64,000 nt of DNA from Paraphysomonas bandaiensis. Taxonomy: Eukaryota; Protista; Chrysophyceae. Shown here piece after piece: positions 21,191 through 34,411 of this stretch (the first letter of the stretch is position 1; every line of letters begins with the position of its first letter). The position numbers and the translations under genes were made by a program. Under the pieces are notes generated by a model. The model was given only the letters and a program-made list of their open reading frames with translations, searched no databases and was not told the origin of the DNA. Location: positions 1 through 64,000 of the forward strand of contig CBFFRP010000211.1 in the NCBI GenBank assembly GCA_965644295.1, given 5' to 3'.

Positions 21191-24100
21191 TCCAGTCGCC
21201 GTCAAAAGTCCGAACAAGTCAAAAGTCCGAACAACCGTTTTTTGATCAAAAGTCCAAAAATGTCGTTCGAAACTCTCATATTTCTCTCACTTCAGTGACA
21301 TTGAAATCCAATTAACACAACACTTTAACTGACCTGACACTGGAGACTTATCATTCTATGGCAATCATGGACCACTGGACACGAATATGCAACCAGATTT
21401 TCATTTCATACACTGCTTCTCTCAATATCACAAGGTTTCTTATATCGTTCCAATTCATCGAGTACCCCTCACATCCGGCACCATTTCTCAAAATCCCTAC
21501 ATTGAATTTTCAACATGACGATCTTGAAAGGTTTGTATACAGATGGACTCTCACATATATGAGTGCTGTGCAATTCCTACGACTTGTTTTTGAATAATGT
21601 CTGATTTGTGTTCTTTCAGTGACTCGTCTATGCGACTACAAGAATCTTCGCAAAAAGAACCGACAAGACGCCATAGACAAGCTCCGGGCAGCTAAATTTG
21701 CAAAAGCACAGTCGAAAGACAGCTATGGATCTGATGTTGACCTCAATAATGACTTTAGTTGGTCAAGGTTGCGCAGTTAAGCAGTGTGAACCAGTACTGC
21801 TGAGAGCAAAATATTTCTCGAAGAGTGCTCCTCAGGTAGCTGTTTTTGTCTATCTATGCGTTTATACATATTTATGAGGAACAATCTATCTTATAGGACG
21901 TAGACAAATGGTAATTGTAGCTATTCGGGTCTAGAATTGGAAGAATGAAGCGCGTGTGTTCGTTCCGGCTGGCCAGGCGTATGAGGAAGCTGTTACTGTG
22001 ATCTTGTCCACTTCTGTGCCCTACGGGGATTACATAGAGACACGAAGGAGTGTAAAGAGTGTCAACATTCAAGGGAGCAAGTTTTTTAAGCAGTTCATGA
22101 TAACCTCTTGGATAATATCACTCTACCTAAAGACCAAATTAGACAATGCAAACAAGAACTAGATAGTACTATCTACATATTCGTTGCTGAATTCTTATTA
22201 ACAACTGGAGTGGTAATCCGATTAATTCGTAAGTTTTATTTCTTCATGCTCCACTCTCTTGAATTTGTAGACATAGCTAGCTAGGTTGTGGTATCATGAT
22301 AGGTGATAACAGACAGTGGCTACATAAAATCGTTTGATTGTACTACCAGCTATGCGACACATATCATGCAGCAGCACAAAATTAACTTTATTATAGTAAT
22401 ATACAATAACGATTGCTAATATATTTAGTGACGATAGCTATTAGTGTACCACTACAAGAAGAAAATAATCATACAAGAGAAAAGAAATTCTCTATACTCG
22501 AGTAATTCACATCGAGTTTCTTCAATGTTCTCTCTTTTCGGTCTCTGTTTTTAACAACTACAGGGAGAATGTGTTCATCAATAATAAACATTCCGAAAGT
22601 TGCCTCTGCACTGAGTGGTTTCTTTTGTGTAGCATGTGCCTCTTCCAGCTTATCACATTCACGGTCGTCATGCTGCTCCCGAAGGGCTCGCATTTGATCC
22701 CGTGTGTCCAAGTCAGGACCGGAGCAATAATCATCCCCATTTCCGCTTGGGTTTAGTCCTTTATCATCGTTACTTTTACATTTTGAACCTTTATCATCTT
22801 GAGCAATTTCTTCCTTCTCATCACTACCCTCAACTTCCTTCAAACCCGGCATAGCTTCATCACTCTCCTCCATATCAACGTCCTCCCAGACTGTTTCAGC
22901 GTCATCTGTAGTTTTGCTCTCAGTGCACTGTTTGATCCTGTGTGCAGGACGAAAAATAATGCTCTGTACCCATCCATTCATGTTGAACTTGAAACACTTC
23001 AACTCCTTGCATTTTCGTTCCCGGATGACAACAATATGGCTGAGTAGAGCAGGCTCTGCACTCATAGTAGCCGTGCACTTAACGGATCGTATCTTCTTCT
23101 TCTTGTTGGTAATGGCGACAGAAAGGCGGTTAAGTTTCATCAGTTTTTTCATATTCTATGTCAAAATTTTGTAAATAAAGTAACCACGAATCGCCAACTA
23201 TACATACCTGTGGACAACGTGCCCGCCTCTGCTTACTATATCCTAGCATGATGTTGTGAGTATCCGAATTGGTCTTGTTCCACGGATGAAATCGGTTGCC
23301 TTGAGGATTTTCTGGTGATACCCCTAAGATGGCACCTACTATGGCTACGCTGGATAAGGGATTGAATGCATCATTGATGGCCTCCTGCCTTCGCGCATTG
23401 ACTGTGGACGGAGCATCCACACTTTCAGGTGACACCTTTTTCAAATACCTGCCTATGGTGGAATTTGAGGGTGCCTTACGATTCTTAAGGAAGTTCCCCC
23501 CTGCTTGTTGACAGTCCCTGCACTGGTCAGTGCTTTAACAAAATCCCCATCGGATGCAGAAGTGAATGAGTTCCCAGTTGCAGTGGCCTCATGGCTCATG
23601 TCGGACAACATTGCCACACCGTCTTCGTCCGTCCAGGTCGGGCGCCCAAGATAGCTACGATTGGGATCTAGCCCTCTTTCTCGTTTATCTTTGGCCCTAC
23701 AAAGCAGATATTCCATCAGAAATACGTATGTTATGACAATAAAGAGTTACCTGAAGAACACTCCACGAGTGATGTTGTGATTGCGACAAAACTCACTAAC
23801 ATTACTAGGTTTATCCTTTTCATATTCATCGAGAATAGCATTGAGGTCAACATCAGATCCATAGCTGTCTTTCGACTGTGCTTTTGCAAATTTAGCTGCC
23901 CGGAGCTTGTCTATGGCGTCTTGTCGGTTCTTTTTGCGAAGATTCTTGTAGTCGCATAGACGAGTCACTGAAAGAACACAAATCAGACATTATTCAAAAA
24001 CAAGTCGTAGGAATTGCACAGCACTCATATATGTGAGAGTCCATCTGTATACAAACCTTTCAAGATCGTCATGTTGAAAATTCAATGTAGGGATTTTGAG

Positions 24101-24396
24101 AAATGGTGCCGGATGTGAGGGGTACTCGATGAATTGGAACGATATAAGAAACCTTGTGATATTGAGAGAAGCAGTGTATGAAATGAAAATCTGGTTGCAT
24201 ATTCGTGTCCAGTGGTCCATGATTGCCATAGAATGATAAGTCTCCAGTGTCAGGTCAGTTAAAGTGTTGTGTTAATTGGATTTCAATGTCACTGAAGTGA
24301 GAGAAATATGAGAGTTTCGAACGACATTTTTGGACTTTTGATCAAAAAACGGTTGTTCGGACTTTTGACTTGTTCGGACTTTTGACGGCGACTGGA
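21191..24396 (-). mobile_element. Pogo/Tc1-mariner-like DNA transposon derivative with 557-bp inverted repeats
   Basis: 21191-21747 is the reverse complement of 23840-24396; TA flanks at 21189-90 and 24397-98 (ATAT with CC...GG ends is the alternative reading); subterminal direct repeat GTCAAAAGTCCGAACAA x2. Confidence 0.85.
22469..24072 (-). pseudogene. Intron-containing pogo-like transposase, disrupted and 3'-truncated
   Basis: Predicted start MTILK|VTRLCD; HTH-like NVSEFCRNHNITRGVF, GRPTW linker, RRQEAIN, VKCTATMSAEPALLSHIVVIRERK resembling DDE_1; later catalytic residues not found. Confidence 0.5.
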
Positions 24397-24783
24397 TATG
24401 CTTCTCTCTGTACTCTATACGGTATCATGTACTGTACTCTGTACAGTATACCGTATATACTGGGATGTATATAGATTGAAAAATTCATACCTTATGGTAC
24501 ACCTGTACGCTGTAGGTATACAGTAGGTATACTGCATGTGCTGTAGGCTGGAGGTGTACACATATACAGTACCGTATAGTATAAGCTAACAGTCTTGTGG
24601 TACTCTGTACGGGCAGTGTGCGGTACGGTGATGTCTGCTACCTATTCGACAACAGTATACCATATACCATCATATCGCTCACTGTTAGTGTCACACATCA
24701 CAGTACCATATCCATTATCGGTGAACTCTATTCACACCTTGACATCACATATTGATTTATTCCCTGTGCCATTGTGAATAGCA

Positions 24784-25938
24784 ATGGGAAATACGAACAG
24801 CACCGAAGATCAAGCATGGGAAGCAGCCCATAAAATCAAGCAGTCGATTGCTCGTAAGTGTGATTGTTATGTAGCGTGTATTGAACAGACGAACTCTGTG
24901 GTCGATGCGAAAATAAACACCCTCTGCAAGGAGATATCTCTTCTAATGCTGCCGCTGCGTTCCATGCAGAGTGTAACTGGTTTGGGTTTGTTGGGTATGT
25001 CTGCTGTACTCGAAGATGTGGAGAACTTTGCCAACACTCACAAACACATCATAAAGCGGATGTACACCATACTATTTAACACACAGTCTACTTTTATGGA
25101 AATAGTACAGCGTCACCTGGATATTGACAATTGTGAAAGTGGTACGGATGAAAACTTTGTCGATGAGAGCTCCATGTCCGAAATGCGCGCAGTTGTTGAA
25201 GGTATTACTGCTTCATTCGACGATGAGCTTGAAGAGCTTGGGGTTTCTCTACCTGTAAAAAGCCAACGTAGTGAAGAGTTGAGTCGTCTACTATTTAAAC
25301 TGGCCGAATCGACTGTATCTGAGGGTGTGGACGAGATTGTGTCTGCTATGAAATGTGTAGCAACTGATGAAATCGACCAGGATATTGGCCAGGCAATGGT
25401 ATCCGGGGAGTTTACAGACGCTGATCAGGTCAAAGAAAACCTACAGCAGGTAGTTTTGAAGTCTTCTGCCTTCATTGCCTCCCTGGAGGCTCTGCCGTTT
25501 GCTCGCCGACTGGAGATCGAGGACGCACAAGATGAACTGCGAACACATGTTGACCAACTGGTTCGCCGTATCCAGATGAACCATGTGCATTCCCCGGAGG
25601 ATCTAGCCGTAGTCATGAATTTGCATGTGTTTGGAAGTAGCAGTGACAGTTCTTCTGAAGGAGACAGTAGTGATGAGGAGAGTGAGGAAACAGAGGAGGA
25701 ACAACAGGTGGTAGTATCTACCGCGAAAAAGACGGGCCGAGGACGGCAGAAGAAGGAAGAAGCACCATCGAAGAAAAGTACAGCCGCTAAGAAACGGAAG
25801 GCAACACCAGTTTCTGATGCTCCAGCAACTGCTTCAAAGACTCGCCGTTTGAAAACTAATGTTTCACACTCTGATTCTTCACCAAGTCCTGAGACCAAAC
25901 CCACTAGGAGAAGGACTCGCAGAACTACTCGCGCGTAA
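24784..25938 (+). CDS. Hypothetical helical protein with acidic then basic tail; possible N-myristoylation
   Basis: 384-aa ORF, MGNTNS start, KKRK NLS-like motifs. Confidence 0.75.
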   Translation: MGNTNSTEDQAWEAAHKIKQSIARKCDCYVACIEQTNSVVDAKINTLCKEISLLMLPLRSMQSVTGLGLLGMSAVLEDVENFANTHKHIIKRMYTILFNTQSTFMEIVQRHLDIDNCESGTDENFVDESSMSEMRAVVEGITASFDDELEELGVSLPVKSQRSEELSRLLFKLAESTVSEGVDEIVSAMKCVATDEIDQDIGQAMVSGEFTDADQVKENLQQVVLKSSAFIASLEALPFARRLEIEDAQDELRTHVDQLVRRIQMNHVHSPEDLAVVMNLHVFGSSSDSSSEGDSSDEESEETEEEQQVVVSTAKKTGRGRQKKEEAPSKKSTAAKKRKATPVSDAPATASKTRRLKTNVSHSDSSPSPETKPTRRRTRRTTRA

Positions 25939-26225
25939 AATATTCCGCTAATCTGATGCTATATGTTGTGATATGTCTTTTATCGATGCATGTAGTTTTT
26001 AGTGTAAGTTGCTTGTAAGTTGACAGTGCTTACGTGCTTGTTCACCGAACCGGGGCTTTAGGTCGTAACTGTGTAACGCACTCTCTGCAAAACATCGTAA
26101 GCAATAAAATATGAAGACATGTGACTAAGCTGTATATTGTCTTTTGTAAGTTGTAGCTTCGCTCGTAAAATAAGTCTCCAACAGTATTTCAATCAAATTT
26201 ACGTATCGATGTAGAACGTCCAGGT

Positions 26226-26518
26226 TGTTGGGAAATGCTCATTTTACTTAGATCAAAGAGAGATTAAGTTGTTAGACTAGATAGATTTATTAATATCGTT
26301 TACACGAATTGTGTTAAACAACACAAGCTCGTTTTGTGCCATGCATAAATCACTACTTCTGTAGACCTTTCGCTACTAAACATATCTTGAAAGAGCAAAC
26401 TATTTCAGTTTTCTCAATATCATAACAGCATCTACACATCACCATACTTCACTGTATTCTCGTACATTGTCTTCAAGTACCACATTGAATATACTAGGAT
26501 ACAGTCCATATTCTAATA
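26226..26518 (-). repeat. Copia 3' LTR
   Basis: Matches 31389-31681; adjacent PPT at 26519-26527. Confidence 0.95.
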
Positions 26519-26691
26519 CTCCCACTCAATGTAGAATGCAGTGATACGAAACAACAATGAGTACAGTGATCTTCATGCTATAAACTAGTCTCATAGGTAA
26601 AATAGATGTGAAATCTTATCAAGATACATATATAACTAGCAGTCAACTAGATATATAGTTATGTGGGATTCTCACCCACTAAAACACACCT

Positions 26692-29600
26692 TTAACCTCT
26701 TCGGGGTCGCTTCTTCTGCTGCTCCTCAACTCTGGTTGACACACTTCTCTTAACCCCGGTAATAGTTTTCTCATGACGACTGAAAAGTTTCGTTGACAAT
26801 GCCTTCGTGAAAATATCAGCCGCCATATCATCCGTCGACACATGAATCAACTTTGCCGTAGGAAATTTTCCATTTACATGCTCTCTCACCCAGTGATACT
26901 TGATGTCTATATGCTTCGACCTCTTATGATACACAGGATTCTCGGAGAGATCTTTCGCACTCTTGCTATCCATAAAGAATGGAGTCGGCTTCGCAACTAA
27001 GAGCCCGAGCTCCTTGAACACCCCCCGAAGCCACACCAGTTCTTGCATAGCCGCATACTCCGCCATATATTCAGATTCCATGCTCGAAGTTGCAACTGTG
27101 GTCTGTAGTTTAGACTGCCAGGCCAATGCGCCTGCACATAAGAACACAATGTATCCTGTTGTCGATCGCCGAGTCAGTCTATCACCAGCCCAATCTGAAT
27201 CACTGAACACATGTAAGTCGAACTCACTCCCACTGAATCTGATGCCCTCATCAATTGTTCCACGCAAATATTTCAATAAGTGAATCGCCAGTTTGCACGA
27301 TGCATATGTCGGACAACTACTAAATCGAGACAATAACCCCACTGCATAAGCCAGATCAGGTCTAGTATGCATTGCTAGATACAACACTGCTCCAATAATT
27401 TGCCGATACGGAAATGAGTCAACCCACTGCTTCTGCTCCTCCGTAAGTTCACGTTCCTCTGCCAACAGATCCTGAACATTAGTAGGTAGTGGGGCCTCCT
27501 TATTCTTACTACTCTTTCCCATAACTGAGCTGAATTTCTTGATAATATTCTTAGCATACTCAGATTGATCTAACATATACCAATTTTCTCCTCTGGTTAT
27601 CCTGATGTTCAGAAATCGCTTACACACTCCCAGATCATGCATCTCGAATGTTTCACAGAACCTACGCTTTACGCTTTCCAAGTAAGTCAGATCAGCGGAT
27701 GCAATTATGATATCATCAACATATATCAATAATAAATGCAGTTTTCCGTTACTCCATCGCATATACAAACACGTATCCAAAATACACGGAGTAAAATGCA
27801 ATGATTTAATAAACTTGTCAATATGTTTATTCCACTGTCGCGGTGAAGATCGCAGTCCATACAATGCCTTGATTAGTTGAAAACACCATCCAGCTAGTAA
27901 TTCCTCATCTGGTGGAGGTGCCATATACACGTCATCCTCCAGATCTGCATAGCAAAATGCGGATGATACATCTAATTGATGCACATGCATCTGTAACATA
28001 AACGCAATCGCTAACACTAGTCTAATGGTTATACCCTTAACCACTGGAGCGAAAGTGGACGGCTCCTCCTCCTTCTTCTCTTGGAGATTTCCTAATGCCA
28101 CTAGCCGAGCCTTGTACTTTACTATATTCCCTAGTATGTCTCGCTTCACCGTATGCACATATTTCGCTCTAACTAATTTCACTCCGCTTGGAATTTTCAC
28201 GATCTTCAAGACACGTCTTTTCAGCAATGATGTCTTCTCCACCATTCGAGCTTTTCTCCATTGTTGATACTGTGGAGATCTCTCTGCCTCGGCATATGAA
28301 TTTGGTATCTTGATATCTTCTGTCTCTGCATGGTTAAGATCAATATTATGCGCATCCGGTACTTCAACCATATTAATCTCTCCTAAAACTGACGCGTTTG
28401 CCAGTCTCCGCTGCAGCCGTTTGCGTCGGACCCGACCATCACCATCTAGTTCAATCGGTCGACGAGGTATATAAGAACCCGTACCTTGCTCATCCTGAGC
28501 ACGCACATCGTGCGTTGTGGGAGGAGCCCCGCTCACAACCCCAGACTCATAGTCTTCAGAGGTCTGCAACCTCACAGCTGTCTCCTGACAGGTTGGGTCA
28601 GGACTCTCCTGTAACCCTCCAGGTCTTCCCTGGTCCAGCACCCTGGCTGGCATAGTACTCAGGGCGTCCCCCTTTCCTATATATCCGGTATTCCCGGGAG
28701 TTTCTGCAGTCATTCGCACTACGTCCTCGACGTGAATCGGCACCCGGTGCTCGATATGCTTCCGACCTGCAGTTACCAGAGATCGATAGGCTACTATTAC
28801 CCCCTTTCGTTCTACTACTCTCGTGGTCTTGTAGAGAAGACCATCCTCATCATCAATATGATATGTACCTTCTAAGCCCGCATAGTCAGACACAATTTTC
28901 GGTCTCTCGGCCTCCTTCACTCGAAGAGCATCTATCTCAGCGAAATAGCTCTCCGAGCGTGACGGTATGGACTCATCAGTTAATACATGTACCGACGTGA
29001 CGACCCTATCAGTCGCAGGTAGATATACATCATATCCTACCTTTTCATCTGAATATCCTATCAGATATCCGATAAGGGCCTTGTCGTCCCAGTCTTTCCG
29101 TCGATCCGCCTTTGTAGTGAGGACATACGCACGACACCCCCATACTCTGAGATATTTCAGGTTGGGAGCCTCACCAGTCAAAAATTCAAGAGGGGACATA
29201 TACCCCTTCGCTGTCTTTGTAGGCAATCGAATTAATATGTACCTGGCTGCCATGTAGGCATCTAGCCAAAACTGTGAAGGCAATCCTGACTGAATCAGCA
29301 TCGCTAATGTCATCTCACCACAGGTCCTGAATTTCCGCTCCTCAATCGCGTTCATCTCAGGAGAGTCCGTAGAGCTCCACGTATGTTGATAGCAACCCTG
29401 TGACCTAAGATATTGTCGCAGCTCATCACATATTAGCTCCCCTGCTCCATCTGCATGGTAATGATGCATTTCTAATTTGTACCTTTTCACATCTCCTTCA
29501 AAAATCTTCTTGAAAACCTGCAGTACCGATGACCCAGTCCTATGAACAAGCCCTTCCGACCAGAACATCCGACTGGCATGGTGTGTTAGTTTGAGCACAT

Positions 29601-30848
29601 ATATTTCCCCTCCTCGAGCTGGACAATTTAAGTATACTGCTATATCGGCCGAGAAATTTGGACGAACGGAGTCCTCATCCTTTGTCCGAAAACTTACTCT
29701 GGTGATCTTCGCCCTGGCGCATACATCACATAGACACTGTTCTTTGGAAACACGTTTCGAGAGATGTTTTCGTTTCAGTCCAGTCCCAATAATTAGCATT
29801 CTTTTGTGGGCTTCTACCAACGCATGCTTGTTAAAATGACCCGCTCTCCTATGTAACAGCTCCAGTTCATCCTCACCCGTACGGTCACTGAGATTTACTT
29901 CTGAATCACTGGATGTCGATACGTCTGGAAGCTCCAATAACTGCTGTGTTGGCACAGCAGTCATTCCATTCTTCATAGGTCCCTCCAACACCAGCTCATC
30001 CGTATTTCTGTCATATATCTGTATACCATACCATACAGTAAATCGATATCCCATATCGTTCAACTTCCGTCCAGAACAAAGACACCGATTTATCTGACTT
30101 GATACCTCAATGTTCTTCCATGCTCCACGGGAACCTACACTCGTGACGCATATCTCTGACCCTTTTTTCGAACCATTAATAACCTTTGATGTGTGCATAT
30201 GACTATCAAGTATATTCACATCATTTATCAAAAACATTGATGACGAACAACAGGTATCAATGTATGTATAGTGAATATCCTCATGCACACTACTGCATAT
30301 ATTCGTCTCATACACATTACATGACAAGTGATACTCTTCCTGTTGCTCGATCATATTTGCTTCGTCTTCGTCAGACAAATCCGCTGGCTCTCCACGCCTG
30401 ATGTTTTCAACTGTAAGTAGTCTTTTGTCTGGTTTCCTTCCATCTTGAAACCTCACAGCCTTGCTCTTGCTTTGCGAGTACTTCTTTTTCGATGCTGGAC
30501 AATCGATGGCAAGATGTTCCTTTGACTTACAATTTCTGCACCCAGTATATTCGGCACTTCCAGGTCGCTGCCCTGTAATCTCTGTATCCTTCTTCATCGG
30601 CTTCTTCTTACCGTTGTTCTTCTTACGATGATCCCTCTCTCTGCGATATCGTTTCTTACTGTCTATCAGGTTCAGCTCCTCCACTCTTTTACGCTTCTTC
30701 TCCAACGCTTCCTTCCCAGCCATAGTATCATCATAGCCTTCTATCTTACGTGATACAGTTACATAATTAACATCATCATCCATCAAGTATAATCCAACTC
30801 TCAGTTGAGCATACTCTTCATTGAGCAAGCCTTCTCGTAGTCGACTTG
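26692..30848 (-). CDS. Copia polyprotein (Gag C-terminus, Zn knuckle, protease, integrase, RT, RNase H)
   Basis: CRNCKSKEHLAIDC, YIDTC, HRRAGH..CDVC, ADGAGE, YVDD, SDSDWAG, KRSKHIDIKYH. Confidence 0.95.
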
Positions 30849-31405
30849 TTTTTTGATACCTCCGAGATATCCTGCTGCTGCTCCTGTAGTTCCTTCAGCA
30901 GTAGTTCGAACCGTAGTACGTAGTCCTTCGCCGTCTCCTCCGGACGCATACGGAAAGAACCATATTGAGTTAAGAGGTCACTGATCCTATTTTGCTTCCC
31001 TCCAGCAAAACACTTCTTCAACTCATCAATCATTACATGTGTTTTGAACCTGTTTACACCACTCCCTTCTGCCTTGAACGCTTTGTGGGTAAGATGGAAT
31101 TTACGCAGCGCTTTCGGGGAATGCTGCACCGCATCCCTGCAGTAAGAATAAGCTATGGCGTTCGCCTTCCAATACCTCTTCACAGCCTGTCTGTACGCCT
31201 TCTCCTCCATCAACGTAAGTGGCTGCTCCCCGAAGTCGCTCTCCTTAGGTGGCAGTTCCACCGCTACCTCGCTTTGTTCCTTCCTCATAAGGAATGTCTC
31301 GAAGTCCTCAATCCATTGTTCAACGTTAGTCTCGTTGAACTGAGGAACTACTCCTCTATCCTCCTTCTCTCCTCCTCGCTCGCTACCATGTTGGGAAATG
31401 CTCAT
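30818..31405 (-). CDS. Copia Gag N-terminal part (ATG inside the 5' LTR; frameshifted from the rest)
   Basis: UBN2-like FRMRPEETAKDYVLRF; frame break at the A6 run 30849-30854. Confidence 0.85.
   Translation of the reverse strand: MSISQHGSERGGEKEDRGVVPQFNETNVEQWIEDFETFLMRKEQSEVAVELPPKESDFGEQPLTLMEEKAYRQAVKRYWKANAIAYSYCRDAVQHSPKALRKFHLTHKAFKAEGSGVNRFKTHVMIDELKKCFAGGKQNRISDLLTQYGSFRMRPEETAKDYVLRFELLLKELQEQQQDISEVSKNKSTTRRLAQ
31378..31388 (-). promoter_or_regulatory. Primer-binding site, probably initiator tRNA-Met
   Basis: TGGTAGCGAGC directly after the 5' LTR; TGGTA fits the A1-U72/A73 end of initiator tRNA. Confidence 0.65.
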
Positions 31406-31681
31406 TTTACTTAGATCAAAGAGAGATTAAGTTGTTAGACTAGATAGATTTATTAATATCGTTTACACGAATTGTGTTAAACAACACAAGCTCGTTTTGT
31501 GCCATGCATAAATCACTACTTCTGTAGACCTTTCGCTACTAAACATATCTTGAAAGAGCAAACTATTTCAGTTTTCTCAATATCATAACAGCATCTACAC
31601 ATCACCATACTTCACTGTATTCTCGTACATTGTCTTCAAGTACCACATTGAATATACTAGGATACAGTCCATATTCTAATA
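31389..31681 (-). repeat. Copia 5' LTR
   Basis: Matches 26226-26518. Confidence 0.95.
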
Positions 31682-32241
31682 CAGGTAAGTGTTGGCAGAT
31701 ATGCAGCTACGTGTGTTAAAGAACAATATTTTGTTGGCAAATAATGTAAACTATCATTACACTGTACCCTTCTGTGCTACTATTGTATACTCTGATATAT
31801 AGATTAATGGTTACAAATTTACTTTAGCCTATTTCTCCATGAGTTTTGCGTACATACGCACTTACCATTTCTCATTGTGTACTCCTAATATTTGGCCTAA
31901 CAATTAGATCAAATGTAAATTTGAACCAAATATTTACCATTGTAAAAGTTCGTAAGCCTCAGGAGTACCACATCACCATATTACATATTATTATACCATT
32001 GCAATTAAAATACGCATCTTTACATACATTCACAATATCAATAAACCACGTAATCAACGCCGAAGTATTGAACGGTGTCAATTCATCCACTTCAATACGC
32101 AAAATATATAAATCGTAGTACACAGAATGAAACCATATAATACATATAATGAATGAAACCATTATCATAATACATATGCAAAGTGTTAAATCACTTCAGT
32201 GACATCACAAAAATCACAAGTGATGTCATACAATAAAGAAT

Positions 32242-33905
32242 TTACTCCTCTTTTATGGAGCTTGTCATACTATCAGGTGGTGGGAACGTCTTACGAGAGG
32301 ACTGTCGTGCTACGTTACCTAGATATGCAATAGCAATACATAGTAAGTGTTATGCAGAAGTTACAGAACGTATCCCAACTCACTTCGTGTTAGCGGCGCA
32401 CTATCAACAGAAGAAGCACCAATTGAATTCCGGCGTTTACTTGATCCCTGTGGGGTGGATATGGGCTTTGTAGATACGGATGTAGCTGCATTACGATCGT
32501 CTGCAGGAAAGGTTCTACGACTACTATTCCGCCCTGCTATACAACTCAGTCTATTTTATTTTACACAACTCAACTCTTAAGTTCAAAAACACGCATGAAT
32601 GGCACAAGGCATAGGATATTTATTAATAGGTGTTTGCATACACCCGGGTATCTGATACTTACCATGACTCATTCCGGATTGGGTGGACGGATCCACACCA
32701 ACAGACATTCGTCTACCTTGGCTTCCAGTACTACCCTGACTACCAAGGCTTGACCCACTGTTCTGTCGAGAAAGTCGGCGACTAGAAGAGGGATCCCCTA
32801 CGCTCCCTTGACTGCCTGTACTGCTGACAGAAAGACGGCGGCCTATTTCACACACCTCACAAGTCATCCTCTATATACAATCAAACACAGCAGTTTTGAG
32901 TTACTAACCAGTCATGCTTCCGGAGCGCGACATCCTGCGACCGGAGTTTTGTTTGACTAGGTCATCCAAGCTCATAGTGGACTGCACCTAGAAACCCAGC
33001 ATAGTAGTCAATATATCAAAGACAAAGGTGCACTGCAACTTTACCGTCGGTTTGGACTTCTCTCTCTCATCATCCGTAGTATGCTGGTCTGAGCTGTGGT
33101 CGGAAGGGTTATACACAAAATCATCATTCAATAGATGCTTCTCAATTTTCAAAAGGGATAAATAATGCTTGCCAAGGATATCATCCCGACGCTCTTTACA
33201 GCGCTGCCAGCGTTTTTCTGGAAGAATACGCTGCTTCAATGTGAGTTGATATCGAAATGCTGGTTTAAGAACTTCAGGATGAAATTTGCAGTACTCTTTG
33301 AAAAAATGACGGCTAACACCAGTGTTTCCTAATTGTTTCTGACGGAGAATTTTTTTCTTGAGTCTAACGAACAAGCTAATTAATCATGCACGTGAAAAAC
33401 ATAGTATTATAGTTTACGTTTGAAATGCTTCGGCAGATGGATTCTTGGTTCCATATAAATCTTCCATCATTTCATCATATTCCTCATGATCTAACTTCCC
33501 ATTTCCATCGAAATCGTACACCTCAAACACAAATAATGCTGTGTTTACTGGTTAGTAACATAGTGTAGAATCTGGTATCTGATTACCGAAATTATCCAAG
33601 TGAGTGCAGTAGTTCCATATGACTAATACAAACTCTCGGAAGTCAATTTGCCCTGATTGGTCCTCATGATCGAGCATACTAAACACCCGCTTCATGAAGA
33701 CATTTCCATGAAACCCCAAATACTTTAGTGTTGTGGCTATAGTGGGTGTCTTTGTCTCACATTTATCTCGTGATATAATTTTTAGAAAAACATTATGTAA
33801 CTTGGTAATGTCACTCTCGTCCAGACGAAGAGTATCGAATTCAGACTTCCATTCAAGTAAATCTGGGTGAGTTTCATACGCACAGCGTGAGTCGGAACAT
33901 CCCAT
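32242..33905 (-). CDS. N-acylated calcineurin B-like EF-hand protein with RRxS-rich tail (multi-exon)
   Basis: MGCSDS start; SGQIDFREFV..WNYCT, YDFDGNGKLD, PEVLKPAFRYQ; repeated RRLS/RRMS sites. Confidence 0.75.
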
Positions 33906-34411
33906 GACTTCAATAAGATGTTTTACGTCAAACAAGAGAGCTGTGAGTATCAACAGCGACCAATATTGAAGTAAAGGCGGATAATACTTACAAAAACGAT
34001 AGGATTTCTGTCAGTCTGATTAATATTTATATGACTATTAACTCAGTTAATGGGATCTGATCTGTTTCGTTAATCCGCATCAATAATGTGATAGAAAATA
34101 TGTCATCATACGATCGATGGAATGAATCAGAGATGCTAATATCACCACAATGAGTAATTATAGTAATATTATGAGAACAGTGTGATATATCGTTAACCTC
34201 ATAAGATCATCATGCTGATTCGCTGATTCGCTCGTTATATGGCGTTATATATATATATATACCGGTATACGGTACACAGAATACTACATGAAAATTCTGA
34301 TATCTAGATATCTATACGAAGGTGTGCGAAATGATATCCGTATATCTAAAAAAACAGATTTTTTCTTAGAATAACCTAATTTATATTTCAACAAGTAGTT
34401 TACTTCCTTCT

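Larger units (their letters stand above)
26226..31681 (-). mobile_element. Full-length Ty1/copia LTR retrotransposon, recent insertion
   Basis: Apparently identical 293-bp LTRs; 5-bp TSD CAGGT (26221-25, 31682-86); PBS TGGTAGCGAGC; PPT GAGTGGGAG; gag-PR-IN-RT-RH order. Confidence 0.97.

Noticed and set aside
21358-21597. Duplicated 79-aa gene (also at 23990-24229)
   Set aside because: By-product of the inverted repeat; it overlaps the predicted transposase leader and intron and has no recognisable motif.
30846-30856. Programmed -1 frameshift at A AAA AAC in Copia gag
   Set aside because: Reaching the pol frame needs +1, not -1; the -1 frame stops within about 17 codons.
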